Shown in pieces: positions 36,735 to 44,952 of a stretch of DNA of 64,000 nucleotides. Both the position numbers and the translations under genes were made by a program. Origin of the DNA: Polyangiales bacterium (GTDB lineage: Bacteria > Myxococcota_A > Polyangia > Polyangiales > Polyangiaceae); the NCBI GenBank assembly GCA_038231275.1, contig JBBRLQ010000006.1, positions 256,001 to 320,000 on the forward strand. Reading direction: 5' to 3'. The notes beneath the pieces are model-generated. The model did not search any database. It was not told the origin of the DNA and was given only the letters and a program-made list of their open reading frames with translations. Positions within the stretch are counted from its first letter, which is position 1. The number at the start of each line of letters is the position of its first letter.

Positions 36735-37975
36735 TGACGGCGCCGCTCGACCGGCCGACGCAGCACTTGCTCCGCGATCTCGCGCCGCAGGTGCTCGGCG
36801 CGCTCGTCCGGCGGATCCACGATTTCGCTGCCGCCGAGGACGCGGTGCAGGAGGCGCTCGTCGCGGCGGCGACGCAGTGGCCGAGCGACGGCGTGCCCGA
36901 GAATCCGCGCGCGTGGCTGATCCGTGTCGCGTCGCGTCGCATCACCGATCACGTCCGCGCCGAGAGCGCGCGCAGGCACCGCGAGGCGATTGTCGTCAGC
37001 TTGGTGCCGCCGGAGGAGCAAATGGCGCTGGCGGCCGACCACGGAGAGGACGACACCCTCGAGCTCCTCTTCATGTGCTGCCACCCGTCGCTCTCACCGG
37101 CCTCGGCGATCGCGCTGACGCTGCGCGCGATCGGAGGGCTCACCACGTTCGAGATCGCGACGGCGTTCCTGGTGCCGGAGGCGACGATGGCGCAGCGAAT
37201 CAGCCGTGCGAAGCGGACGGTTCAGGCGTCGGGAATTCCGTTCGAGCCCACCGACGCCGCGGAGCGGACCGCTCGGCTCGGCGCGGTGACCCACGTCCTC
37301 TACTTGATCTTCAGCGAGGGCTACACCGCGAGCGCCGGCGAGGAGCTGCACCGGAGCGATCTCTCCGACGAGGCGCTCCGGCTGACGCGCGTGCTTCATC
37401 GCCTGTTGCCGGACGACGCCGAGGTCGCCGGGCTCGTCGCGCTCATGCTCCTCACCAACGCGCGACGCGCGGCGCGGACCGGTCCCGACGGCGAGCTCGT
37501 ACCACTCGACCAACAAGACCGAACGCTCTGGGACCGCGCGGCGATCGCCGAGGGCGTGGCGCTCGTCAGCGCGACGTTGCCGCGCGGCGCGGTGGGGCCG
37601 TACCAGCTCCAGGCCGCCATCGCGGCCGTTCACGACGAAGCGGCGAGCACGGAGGAGACCGATTGGGAGCAGATCCTCGCGCTCTACGGCGTGCTCGCGA
37701 CGATGAGTGACAATCCGGCCGTGTCGCTGAGCCGCGCCGTCGCGACGGCGATGGTGCACGGTCCCGCGGCAGGGCTGATGCAGCTCGACGCGCTCGCCGG
37801 CGATCCGCGCCTCGCGGGGCATCACCGACTCGACGCCGTGCGCGCGCACCTGCTGGAGCGCGCGGGCGATCGCGAAGGGGCGGTCCAACACTATCGGCGA
37901 GCGGCGAACCTGACGACGAGCATCGCCGAGCGCAACTACCTCCTCACCCACGCCGCTCGCCTCGCGGGTGGGTGA
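36734..37975 (+). CDS. ECF sigma factor with long C-terminal extension (ECF42-like, DUF6596/TPR)
   Basis: AEDAVQEA, WP..GVP.NP.AWL, LLFMCCHP, MAQRISRAK, LYLIFSEGY, GPYQLQAAI; coupled to the DGPF gene. Confidence 0.92.
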   Translation: MTAPLDRPTQHLLRDLAPQVLGALVRRIHDFAAAEDAVQEALVAAATQWPSDGVPENPRAWLIRVASRRITDHVRAESARRHREAIVVSLVPPEEQMALAADHGEDDTLELLFMCCHPSLSPASAIALTLRAIGGLTTFEIATAFLVPEATMAQRISRAKRTVQASGIPFEPTDAAERTARLGAVTHVLYLIFSEGYTASAGEELHRSDLSDEALRLTRVLHRLLPDDAEVAGLVALMLLTNARRAARTGPDGELVPLDQQDRTLWDRAAIAEGVALVSATLPRGAVGPYQLQAAIAAVHDEAASTEETDWEQILALYGVLATMSDNPAVSLSRAVATAMVHGPAAGLMQLDALAGDPRLAGHHRLDAVRAHLLERAGDREGAVQHYRRAANLTTSIAERNYLLTHAARLAGG

Positions 37976-38018
37976 CGGCGCACCCGATCGCGCTCACCTG
38001 CCGAGCGCGTGGACGAGC

Positions 38019-38618
38019 TCAGCCGCGCGTGCGGTCGTCGAAGAGGTGCAGGCGCGCGTCGAGCACGCGGGTGAAGACGGCGAGGGCTTCGGCGTGGCGG
38101 CCATCGAGCTCGTGCGCGCGCCCTCCTTCCAGCCGCACGCCACTCTCGTCGCGCGTGTCGGGTTCCCAGTACATGTTGCCGAGGACGCGGAGCCCGCGTT
38201 TCGCGTGCACGAGCGCCGCGTCGACGTCGCCGTCCTCTCCCGCCTTCTTCGCGGCCGCAAGCTCGCGCCGCGCTTCGTTCGCGCGGAGACCTCCGATGCG
38301 CTGGAGCGTCTCGCGCCGCGCACGCACGTCGGGACCTTCGGTTCCGCTGTCCCACGTCGCCTTGCGCGGAGCCCACGGCGCGGCGATCGCGAGCGCGTGC
38401 CGGTAGCGCGGATTCTCTGCGTGATCCCCCGCGGGAACGCCGGCAAGCCCGCTCTCGAGCGCCGGCGTCAAGAACGCGCCTGTCCACGCAATCGCGACGG
38501 CGGGCAACGACGGCTCGCGCGCGTCGTCGGACGTGAAGCGCACCTCGTTCGCGCTCACCTCCATCTGCTCGCGTACGTCGCCTCGCAGCGTCGTCAGGGT
38601 CACGGTCGGCGGCGCCAT
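38019..38618 (-). CDS. Hypothetical protein, possible immunity protein
   Basis: MAPPTVTLTT... starts 2 nt after the stop of the JAB-motif gene; helical C-terminus. Confidence 0.6.
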   Translation of the reverse strand: MAPPTVTLTTLRGDVREQMEVSANEVRFTSDDAREPSLPAVAIAWTGAFLTPALESGLAGVPAGDHAENPRYRHALAIAAPWAPRKATWDSGTEGPDVRARRETLQRIGGLRANEARRELAAAKKAGEDGDVDAALVHAKRGLRVLGNMYWEPDTRDESGVRLEGGRAHELDGRHAEALAVFTRVLDARLHLFDDRTRG

Positions 38619-38620
38619 GG

Positions 38621-39331
38621 CTACTTTTTCACCTCGTCGGCGGAGCACCCTTTGCCCTCGTAGTACTTGAGGTGGAGCCTGTCCGCCGTCTCCGCCGCCG
38701 CTTGCCGGCTCGCCTCCGGAAAGCCCATCCCACCGTTGACGAGCTGGCCGATGCGCGCGTTCTGATCGTTGTTCGTCTGCTCGAAGTCGACGTGGCCTGG
38801 CGTGGCGGAGGTGGGCTCGTAGATGAAGAGACCGTCGCCGCTGCGCGCCACCATGATGTCGTGGTGGTTGTTGACCATGTACGCCGCGTCGCCGCCGCTG
38901 AGCGATACGTCGGTGTAATTCCCCTCGCTCGCGTCGTACGGGTGCGTGTGGAAGATGCCGAGGACCTTGTCGCCGGCCGGCGCCGACAGATCCGGCGAGA
39001 AGCTCCCGGCGTTCGGCCGCTGTCCGGCGCCCGCGTTCGCGAGGGCCATGTTCCCGTCGGAGTCGCTGACGAGCGTGCCGCCGTGCTCCTGCGAGTGGCC
39101 GCCGGGATAGCTGTCGTCCATGAGCTGCTTCATCTTGTCGCAGACGTCTTTCGGAAACTTCTTTTTTCCGGTGCACGTCGGGCAGCCGCTCGAGCCGGGC
39201 TTCGGACGGCGCAGCGCCTCCTGCGCGTCCATTCGTTTGAGCTCGGCCACCTCGCCCGGGGCGTACTCCGTCTTGCCGGCGACGAACCCCTCCTGGTTGT
39301 CCGAAATCTCGGGAAACTGTTTGCCGTACAT
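38621..39331 (-). CDS. JAB/MPN (JAMM)-motif protein, DUF4329/Tox-JAB-like putative toxin
   Basis: QEHGG...GIFHTHP...SLSGGD (E...HxH...SxxD); N-terminal CPTC. Confidence 0.7.
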   Translation of the reverse strand: MYGKQFPEISDNQEGFVAGKTEYAPGEVAELKRMDAQEALRRPKPGSSGCPTCTGKKKFPKDVCDKMKQLMDDSYPGGHSQEHGGTLVSDSDGNMALANAGAGQRPNAGSFSPDLSAPAGDKVLGIFHTHPYDASEGNYTDVSLSGGDAAYMVNNHHDIMVARSGDGLFIYEPTSATPGHVDFEQTNNDQNARIGQLVNGGMGFPEASRQAAAETADRLHLKYYEGKGCSADEVKK

Positions 39332-39344
39332 TGACGAGTCCCCC

Positions 39345-39848
39345 TTACCGGCGCTGTCGAGGCATGGGGAACATCGGGTACGCGTCCTCGGCGGAGGCCG
39401 GCGGCGCAGGCGGCTCGGAGCGCGCGCCCGACGTGGAGCGCATTTCGAGGCCGGCGAGGAGCTGCTCGAAGTCGGCCACGTCTTCGTTGCCTGCGCGGAC
39501 GCACGACGCGACGAGGAGGTCCCCGCCGCCGGCATCCACCCACGCGACGGTCTCGCGCATCGGGTTCCCCTCCTCCTTCCAGCGCATCGCCGCTTTGAAC
39601 GCCGGACACCCTGCGATGCTCACCGGTCCCGCCTCGACGAGGAATCGCGCGACGTCGCGGGTCATCGCGTAGACGCGGTGGCGCCCGTACGCGACCACCG
39701 GTTCGTTCAGCGCGCCGGGCTCGAACAAGACGACGATCCGCGGGAGGGGCCCGGGCGCCTGCGTGAAGACCTCCCGCCGCCGCGTGCGCCAGCCGAGAGG
39801 GCCCGCCAGCGAGAAGCCGCCGAGGGAGAACGCGGCGTCTGCGGCCAT
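39345..39848 (-). CDS. Hypothetical protein, DcrB/DUF1795 (PsbP/Mog1-fold)-like
   Basis: FSL..P.GW near the N-terminus, IAGCPA, W..EG, and C-terminal FEQLLAGL. Pattern-level resemblance only. Confidence 0.5.
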   Translation of the reverse strand: MAADAAFSLGGFSLAGPLGWRTRRREVFTQAPGPLPRIVVLFEPGALNEPVVAYGRHRVYAMTRDVARFLVEAGPVSIAGCPAFKAAMRWKEEGNPMRETVAWVDAGGGDLLVASCVRAGNEDVADFEQLLAGLEMRSTSGARSEPPAPPASAEDAYPMFPMPRQRR

Positions 39849-39941
39849 CGATCGATCATACGCGCATGAAGGAGGGGACCTTCCGCGCCGTGAAGAGCGC
39901 GCGGAGTTGACAGCCCCGACGGCCTGCGATTCCTTCGGCAA

Positions 39942-40310
39942 ATGGACAAAGTCGAACAAGGTCTATATTGGCCCGAAGCGATGCTCCGCGACTTGGCGCA
40001 GCAAGCCCATCGGCTCGACAGGAGCCTGTCGTGGTGCGGACAGCGGGCATGGACGCTTGCACGGACCGAGCTACGGACGCTCGGACCTGTCGCCGAGCAT
40101 CCACGCGCGGAGGCAACCTACGAAGAGCGTTATGCGAGCGATGACGCCGAGGGAGAAATGAACGTGCGGAAGCAGACGCTTTTCTTTCCGTCCGAGATGC
40201 TCGAGGAAATCAAGGAGGCGGCGCAGCGCCAGGACAGGTCCCTTTCGTGGCTCATGCAGCGTGCGTGGTGTCTGGCCGTTTCGGAAATCGAGAAGCTCCG
40301 GGCCGAGTGA
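39942..40310 (+). CDS. Tandem two-domain TIGR04563 (CdbA/CdbB-like ribbon-helix-helix) protein
   Basis: Two copies of Q.L[YF].P..ML......A.R.DRSLSW..QRAW.LA. Confidence 0.85.
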   Translation: MDKVEQGLYWPEAMLRDLAQQAHRLDRSLSWCGQRAWTLARTELRTLGPVAEHPRAEATYEERYASDDAEGEMNVRKQTLFFPSEMLEEIKEAAQRQDRSLSWLMQRAWCLAVSEIEKLRAE

Positions 40311-40347
40311 GTTCGGATGATTGAGATTCTCGACGGGCGGCTGAGTG

Positions 40348-40384
40348 GAGTGGAGCGAAGCGCAGCGGAGCGAAACGCTCCTGA
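40348..40384. repeat. 37-bp dispersed intergenic repeat, copy 2
   Basis: Identical to 11975-12011. Confidence 0.85.
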
Positions 40385-40396
40385 CCTCCAGACGGA

Positions 40397-40427
40397 AAGG
40401 CCTGACCGGCTTTTCCGGTCAGGCCTT
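40397..40427. other. Perfect 13-bp stem-loop next to repeat copy 2
   Basis: AAGGCCTGACCGG-CTTTT-CCGGTCAGGCCTT. Confidence 0.7.
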
Positions 40428-40465
40428 GAGGCGAGCGGCTGCCAATTGTGACATCGTGGCGGCGG

Positions 40466-41509
40466 ATGCAGAGAGATGGGCTCACCGTTTCGGTCGTTGC
40501 GCGGGCATGCGCAGCTCTGGCGTGTGCGAGCCTGCTCGGCGCGTGCCCGGGTGCGGTTACCCCCGCGCCTTCCGGTGGGCCGACGCGACCCGTGCTCATC
40601 GCCTCGTTCGATCTACCGCGGGAGGTCCGGAGCCGCGAGCTGTCGGGGATCACGTGGGATGACCGAGCGCGGATCCTCTACGCCATCTCCGATGAGCTAC
40701 CGAGCATCGTCCCGATGTTCCCGAGCCCGAAGTACGACGCGTGGACCTTCGGCGATGCGATCCCGCTGGAGGTGTCGTCGCCGTGGGATGGCGAAGGGCT
40801 CGCGCTGACGGAGACGGGCTTCGCGGTGGCGAACGAAGCTGGACCGCATCTCTATGATCTGGATCGGAGTGGGCACGTTCGCGCGGAAGTTCCGCTGCCC
40901 GACCATTTCGCTTCCGCGGTTCCCAATGCCGCGCTGGAGAGTTTGTCGGTGAGCCCCGACCGTCGCTACCTCTTCACCGCCAACGAACGCGCGCTCAGGG
41001 ACGACGGCGGGCAGCCGACGACGCTGCGCGGGACGACCATCCGGATCCTGCGAATGGATCGCGTGTCCGGCGCGCGCGTCGAGTTCGCCTATCGAACCGA
41101 CGCGGTCTTTGCCGAGGGGGATGGCGGAGAGATCGGCGTCGCTGACGTCGCAGCTCTTGCGGATGCCGATCTGCTCGTGCTCGAGCGCGCCTACGTGCCG
41201 CACGTCGGAAATCAGATCCGCATCTATCGCGTGAATCTATCCGGCGCGGCCGACGTGCTCGAGCTCCCGAGCCTCAACGCCGACACGCCGGTCGTGCCCA
41301 AGGTGCTCCTGATCGATCTGGCGGACGTCCCCGGGCAGGATCGGCGTCACGGCGCGCCCGGCGCTCACCCGTTGTACGCGAACTACGAAGGCCTCGCGCT
41401 CGGGCCTCGTCGCGACGACGGACGCCGCATGCTGTTTCTCGTCAGCGACGACAACAACAAGCCCGACCAGATCCCCCGCCTCCTCACGCTCGCGCTCGAC
41501 GTGCCGTAA
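40466..41509 (+). CDS. Esterase-like activity of phytase (Phytase-like) family lipoprotein
   Basis: LLGAC; ELSGI, AISD, DGEGL, N.ALESL, LLVLER, NYEGLALGP, LVSDDN. Confidence 0.85.
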   Translation: MQRDGLTVSVVARACAALACASLLGACPGAVTPAPSGGPTRPVLIASFDLPREVRSRELSGITWDDRARILYAISDELPSIVPMFPSPKYDAWTFGDAIPLEVSSPWDGEGLALTETGFAVANEAGPHLYDLDRSGHVRAEVPLPDHFASAVPNAALESLSVSPDRRYLFTANERALRDDGGQPTTLRGTTIRILRMDRVSGARVEFAYRTDAVFAEGDGGEIGVADVAALADADLLVLERAYVPHVGNQIRIYRVNLSGAADVLELPSLNADTPVVPKVLLIDLADVPGQDRRHGAPGAHPLYANYEGLALGPRRDDGRRMLFLVSDDNNKPDQIPRLLTLALDVP

Positions 41510-41650
41510 TCATGAGTCCTCCCTCGTGGGGTGTGTAAGCCGTCGCAACAGCCATCACGTGGATCGCGGCAACTCGCCAATGGACCTGCGAGGATCCGAG
41601 TTATCCACCGTGTTGTAAGTTATTTCCGCCAGTTAGATGACGTGTGGTCA

Positions 41651-41666
41651 TGGCATACATGTCGCA
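41651..41666 (+). promoter_or_regulatory. Candidate sigma-54 promoter
   Basis: TGGCATACATGTCGCA (GG-N10-GC), preceded by an AT-rich tract and 15 nt upstream of ATG 41682. Confidence 0.4.
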
Positions 41667-41681
41667 TTGTGTAGGCTCACT

Positions 41682-42557
41682 ATGAGAACCTTCGCGGCGT
41701 TGATGGTGGGGGCTTTGATGGGGACGGCGGGCTGCTCGGCGGCTTCGCAGGAGTCGACGACCGGCGATGACGAGGACGTGATCGCCGCCGATCCGCTCGC
41801 GATGCCGAAACCGATGCTCACGTTCCTGAAGACCCAGAGCTGGGGCTCGCACCACCTCGAGTGGCACACGTCGCGGCAGTGGGATCTGCTCGGCGCGAAC
41901 GATCAGGCGTGGGCGAAGAAGCAAGGTTGGGCGCGCGCGAATCTGCAGGAGGGGCAGAAGGGCAACGGCCTGGAGTTCCTCGCGATGCACCGCGTGATGA
42001 TCCGAACGCTGAGCGAAAAATTCCCGGCGGACGCGCACCTCTTCAACGGGTGGAGCGCCGTGCCGACCAGCGCCAAGGATCCGAGCGATCCGATCCCCGC
42101 CTCCAGCACGCCCATCTTCGACCTGCAAAAGGCGAAGGCGATCGACACGCTCGAGAACCACCTCGACACGTTCGCGAGCGACGACGACCTCGGGCTCTTC
42201 CTCGAGACCTCGCTGCGCCCGACGTCGCACGATCCCAGCGCGCGCGCGACCGACAAGGCCGCCGGCATCCACAACTACGTCCACAACCGCTACGCGGACG
42301 CGAAAAGCAAGATCGACATCGGTGATCCGTCGGTGAACCTGCAGAACAAGCGCTTCTGGCGGCTGCACGGCTGGATCGAGTCACGATGGACCGAATATCG
42401 CGCGATGAAGAAGATGAGCGACACGGATCCGGCGTACGAGGCAGCGATCCAGAAGGCGGAGATGATGCTGAAGCCGGGCCTCAAGGGCGTTGGGGGTGGC
42501 GCTCCGGAGCCGCCGCCCGAGTCGCTTCGCAAGTTCTTCGAGCAAGACGGATCGTAA
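41682..42557 (+). CDS. Lipoprotein with type-3 dicopper (hemocyanin/tyrosinase-like) His motifs
   Basis: TAGC lipobox; HHLEWH...GLEFLAMHRVMI and GIHNYVH...FWRLHGWI. Confidence 0.7.
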   Translation: MRTFAALMVGALMGTAGCSAASQESTTGDDEDVIAADPLAMPKPMLTFLKTQSWGSHHLEWHTSRQWDLLGANDQAWAKKQGWARANLQEGQKGNGLEFLAMHRVMIRTLSEKFPADAHLFNGWSAVPTSAKDPSDPIPASSTPIFDLQKAKAIDTLENHLDTFASDDDLGLFLETSLRPTSHDPSARATDKAAGIHNYVHNRYADAKSKIDIGDPSVNLQNKRFWRLHGWIESRWTEYRAMKKMSDTDPAYEAAIQKAEMMLKPGLKGVGGGAPEPPPESLRKFFEQDGS

Positions 42558-42566
42558 GATGGGGCG

Positions 42567-43796
42567 GTGAGCCGCCGCCTCCAATCGCTCGCGCGCCTCG
42601 CTGCGCTGATCGGCGCCGTTGCGTGCTCGCGCGCGTCGCCGAGCTTCGTCCACACGTACGACGCGTACGACGGGGGCGCGCCCTACCCGAACGTCCGACC
42701 CAAGCTCGCGCTGCCGTCCGGAGACTTCGCGCTGGTGCCGAGCAGCGGCGCGGATCGCCTCGCGCTCGTCGACCTGACGGCCGGCGCTACGACGTTCGCG
42801 TCGCCGGTCGGGCGCGATCCCGTGCGCCTCGACGGGCCGCATCAGATCGTCGCCGATCTGCGGGCGCGTGTCGGGTACCTCGTCATGGCGTACCCGGGCG
42901 CGGTCGCCGCGTCGGGCACGCACTCGCATGGAAATAGCGCATTGCCCGGGTGGGTGCAGGCGATTTCGCTCGAAGATTTTCGGGCGATCGGCGAAGTGCG
43001 GCTCGATCCAAATCCGGGAGAGCTCGCGCTCTCCGACGACGGGCGGAGGCTCGTCGTCACGCATTTCGATCTCGCGGCCGCGTCCACACCAGGCGCCTCG
43101 CTCGAAGCGCGCCGGGCGACGCTCGCCATCGTGGACCCCGCCGCGATGTTGCCGTCGGACACCCCGGAGCCCGACAAGCTGCTCACGTGCGTCGCGCCGC
43201 ATGGCGTCGCGCTGTCGCGCCCCGACGGAAAGACGGCGTACGTCGCGTGCTACGGCGAGGACGCGCTCGCGGTCGTCGACGTCGCCGACGTGCACGCGCC
43301 GGTCGTCCGCGTCCCCCTGGGGCCGGCGGCGACGACGAGCGGGCCCCCCGCGTATGGGCCCTATGGCGTGTCGCTCTCGCCCGACGGGCAGCGCGTCGCG
43401 ATCGGGACGATGGACTCGAAGGAGGTGCGCTTCTTCGGCGTGTCGGCCGGCGCGATGGAGGCGCTGGTGATTGCGACACCGGGGGCGGCGTACGTCGCGA
43501 CGTGGTCGCTCGACGGCAAGGATCTCTTCGTCCCCACGCAAGGGCAAGATGCGCTCAATGTGTATGATGCAAATACCGGCGCGCCTCTGCGCGCGCGCGT
43601 GTTCGACGCGGCGACGTGCGTGGCGCCCCTCGAGGTGACGCTGGGGAGCGACGGCGCGACGCTGCACGTCGTTTGCGAAGGGGGCGCGGGGCAAGGGGGC
43701 GCGCTCGTGACGCTCGACCGGTCGACGCTCGCGACGCGCGCGCGTGTCGAGGTAGGCCCGTTCCCCGGTCGCCCGTTCGTGGGGCGCGGGCCATGA
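42567..43796 (+). CDS. YncE/YVTN-like beta-propeller lipoprotein
   Basis: AVAC lipobox; repeats PHQI, PGELALSDDG, PHGVALSRPDGK, PYGVSLSPDG. Confidence 0.8.
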   Translation: MSRRLQSLARLAALIGAVACSRASPSFVHTYDAYDGGAPYPNVRPKLALPSGDFALVPSSGADRLALVDLTAGATTFASPVGRDPVRLDGPHQIVADLRARVGYLVMAYPGAVAASGTHSHGNSALPGWVQAISLEDFRAIGEVRLDPNPGELALSDDGRRLVVTHFDLAAASTPGASLEARRATLAIVDPAAMLPSDTPEPDKLLTCVAPHGVALSRPDGKTAYVACYGEDALAVVDVADVHAPVVRVPLGPAATTSGPPAYGPYGVSLSPDGQRVAIGTMDSKEVRFFGVSAGAMEALVIATPGAAYVATWSLDGKDLFVPTQGQDALNVYDANTGAPLRARVFDAATCVAPLEVTLGSDGATLHVVCEGGAGQGGALVTLDRSTLATRARVEVGPFPGRPFVGRGP

Positions 43797-44506
43797 GGCG
43801 CGCCGCGTACTGCGTCGCCGCCTGCGCCGGGCTCATCGCCTGCACCCAGGGCGAGGGCACCCAGATCGTCCACGGCTCCGCCGTCGATCACGGCCGCGCG
43901 CTCTTCGAGGACCCCAAAGCCTCGCCGAGCGCGAGCAATGCGTTCTCGTGCGCGACGTGCCATCCGTCGGGCGGCGCGCCCGAACGCGTCTTTGCTGGCG
44001 CCAGCCTCGCCGGCGCGACTGCGCGCGCGACGTTCTGGGGTGGCGCGCGCGTCGATCTGCTCGAATCGATCAACGACTGCCGCCGGCTCTTCATGGACGC
44101 GCCGGCGCCGTGGGTCGCGGGCGACGAAGAGGCGCGCGCGATGTACGCGTATCTCGCGAGCCTGGCGGGCGGTGGCGATCCATTGCCGTTCACGTTCGTT
44201 CGCGCCTCACCCGACGTCGCTGCTGGCGACCCCGCGATGGGGCGAAGCATCTACGCGCGCGCGTGCGCCACCTGCCACGGCAGCGCGCACGACGGCGCCG
44301 GGCGCCTCGTCGACTTCGCGCCGCGCTTGCCCGACGACGTGAACGCGTCGCACGCCGCCCTGTCGCCGGCGGAGCGCCGTCTCGTGTTCTTGCGCAAGGC
44401 GCGCGAGGGGGCGTTCGTCGGCGCCGCCGGCTCGATGCCGCCGTTCTCGCGCGAGGTGCTGCCCGACGTGGATCTCGGCGCCCTCCTCGCATTTCTTGGG
44501 CAGTAA
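43793..44506 (+). CDS. Dihaem c-type cytochrome lipoprotein, TsdA-like
   Basis: Two CATCH motifs; SINDC...FM after haem 1; GSMPPF after haem 2; ATGA overlap with the upstream gene. Confidence 0.8.
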   Translation: MRRAAYCVAACAGLIACTQGEGTQIVHGSAVDHGRALFEDPKASPSASNAFSCATCHPSGGAPERVFAGASLAGATARATFWGGARVDLLESINDCRRLFMDAPAPWVAGDEEARAMYAYLASLAGGGDPLPFTFVRASPDVAAGDPAMGRSIYARACATCHGSAHDGAGRLVDFAPRLPDDVNASHAALSPAERRLVFLRKAREGAFVGAAGSMPPFSREVLPDVDLGALLAFLGQ

Positions 44507-44807
44507 CGCGGCGTGGCGCGCCGGACGGGGCTACGCTTCGCCAAATGAGACGGAGCCCTCTCCCTCTCGTCGGGTCCGCGCTCCGTGTAGGCGAAGCTAG
44601 CGGGATCCGCGCGTCAAGCGGCACCGCAGGGCACTCGGCGTCAGACGCCGAACGAGCGAACTCCGTCACGCGTCGAACTCAGGCGAGAACGACACCCCCT
44701 TCTTCCCCGCCGTGCTCCCGCACGGCTTCGCCGCAAGGCGAACGCGGGGAGGCTCGAACGTGCAGCGTTCGAGGGGGACGCAGTCTCCACCAGCACAAAA
44801 ACCGACT

Positions 44808-44831
44808 GGACTCGCCCGAAAGGGCGAGTCC
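44808..44831 (-). terminator. Intrinsic terminator of tRNA-Pro
   Basis: 10-bp stem GGACTCGCCC / GGGCGAGTCC with a 4-nt loop; followed on the minus strand by AGTCGGTTTTT. Confidence 0.75.
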
Positions 44832-44834
44832 TAG

Positions 44835-44908
44835 TCGGGGAGGCGGGATTTGAACCCGCGACAACGAGCACCCAAAGCTCGTGCACTACCGGACTGTGCG
44901 ACTCCCCG
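44835..44908 (-). tRNA. tRNA-Pro(UGG)
   Basis: Cloverleaf: acceptor CGGGGAG/CTCCCCG, D-stem GCAC/GTGC, anticodon arm CGAGC-TTTGGGT-GCTCG, T-arm GCGGG-TTCAAAT-CCCGC. CCA not encoded. Confidence 0.95.
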
Positions 44909-44952
44909 GATTCACGTGACTCGAACCCCCTCCTCATAGCACAGCCGGCACG

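Noticed and set aside
38621..39331. JAB protein as part of a CBASS or bacterial ubiquitination defence system
   Set aside because: No cyclase, E1, E2 or ubiquitin-like gene nearby; the context fits a toxin cassette better.
11975..40384. 37-bp repeat as a CRISPR repeat or as ends of a 28-kb mobile element
   Set aside because: Only two distant copies, with no spacers, cas genes or recombinase; the enclosed genes look like ordinary chromosome.
41601..41609. TTATCCACC, a DnaA-box-like 9-mer in an AT-rich gap
   Set aside because: Single copy with one mismatch; no box cluster and no dnaA/dnaN context.
44909..44922. TCACGTGA core resembling parS
   Set aside because: The flanks do not match the GTTTCACGTGAAAC palindrome; likely chance.
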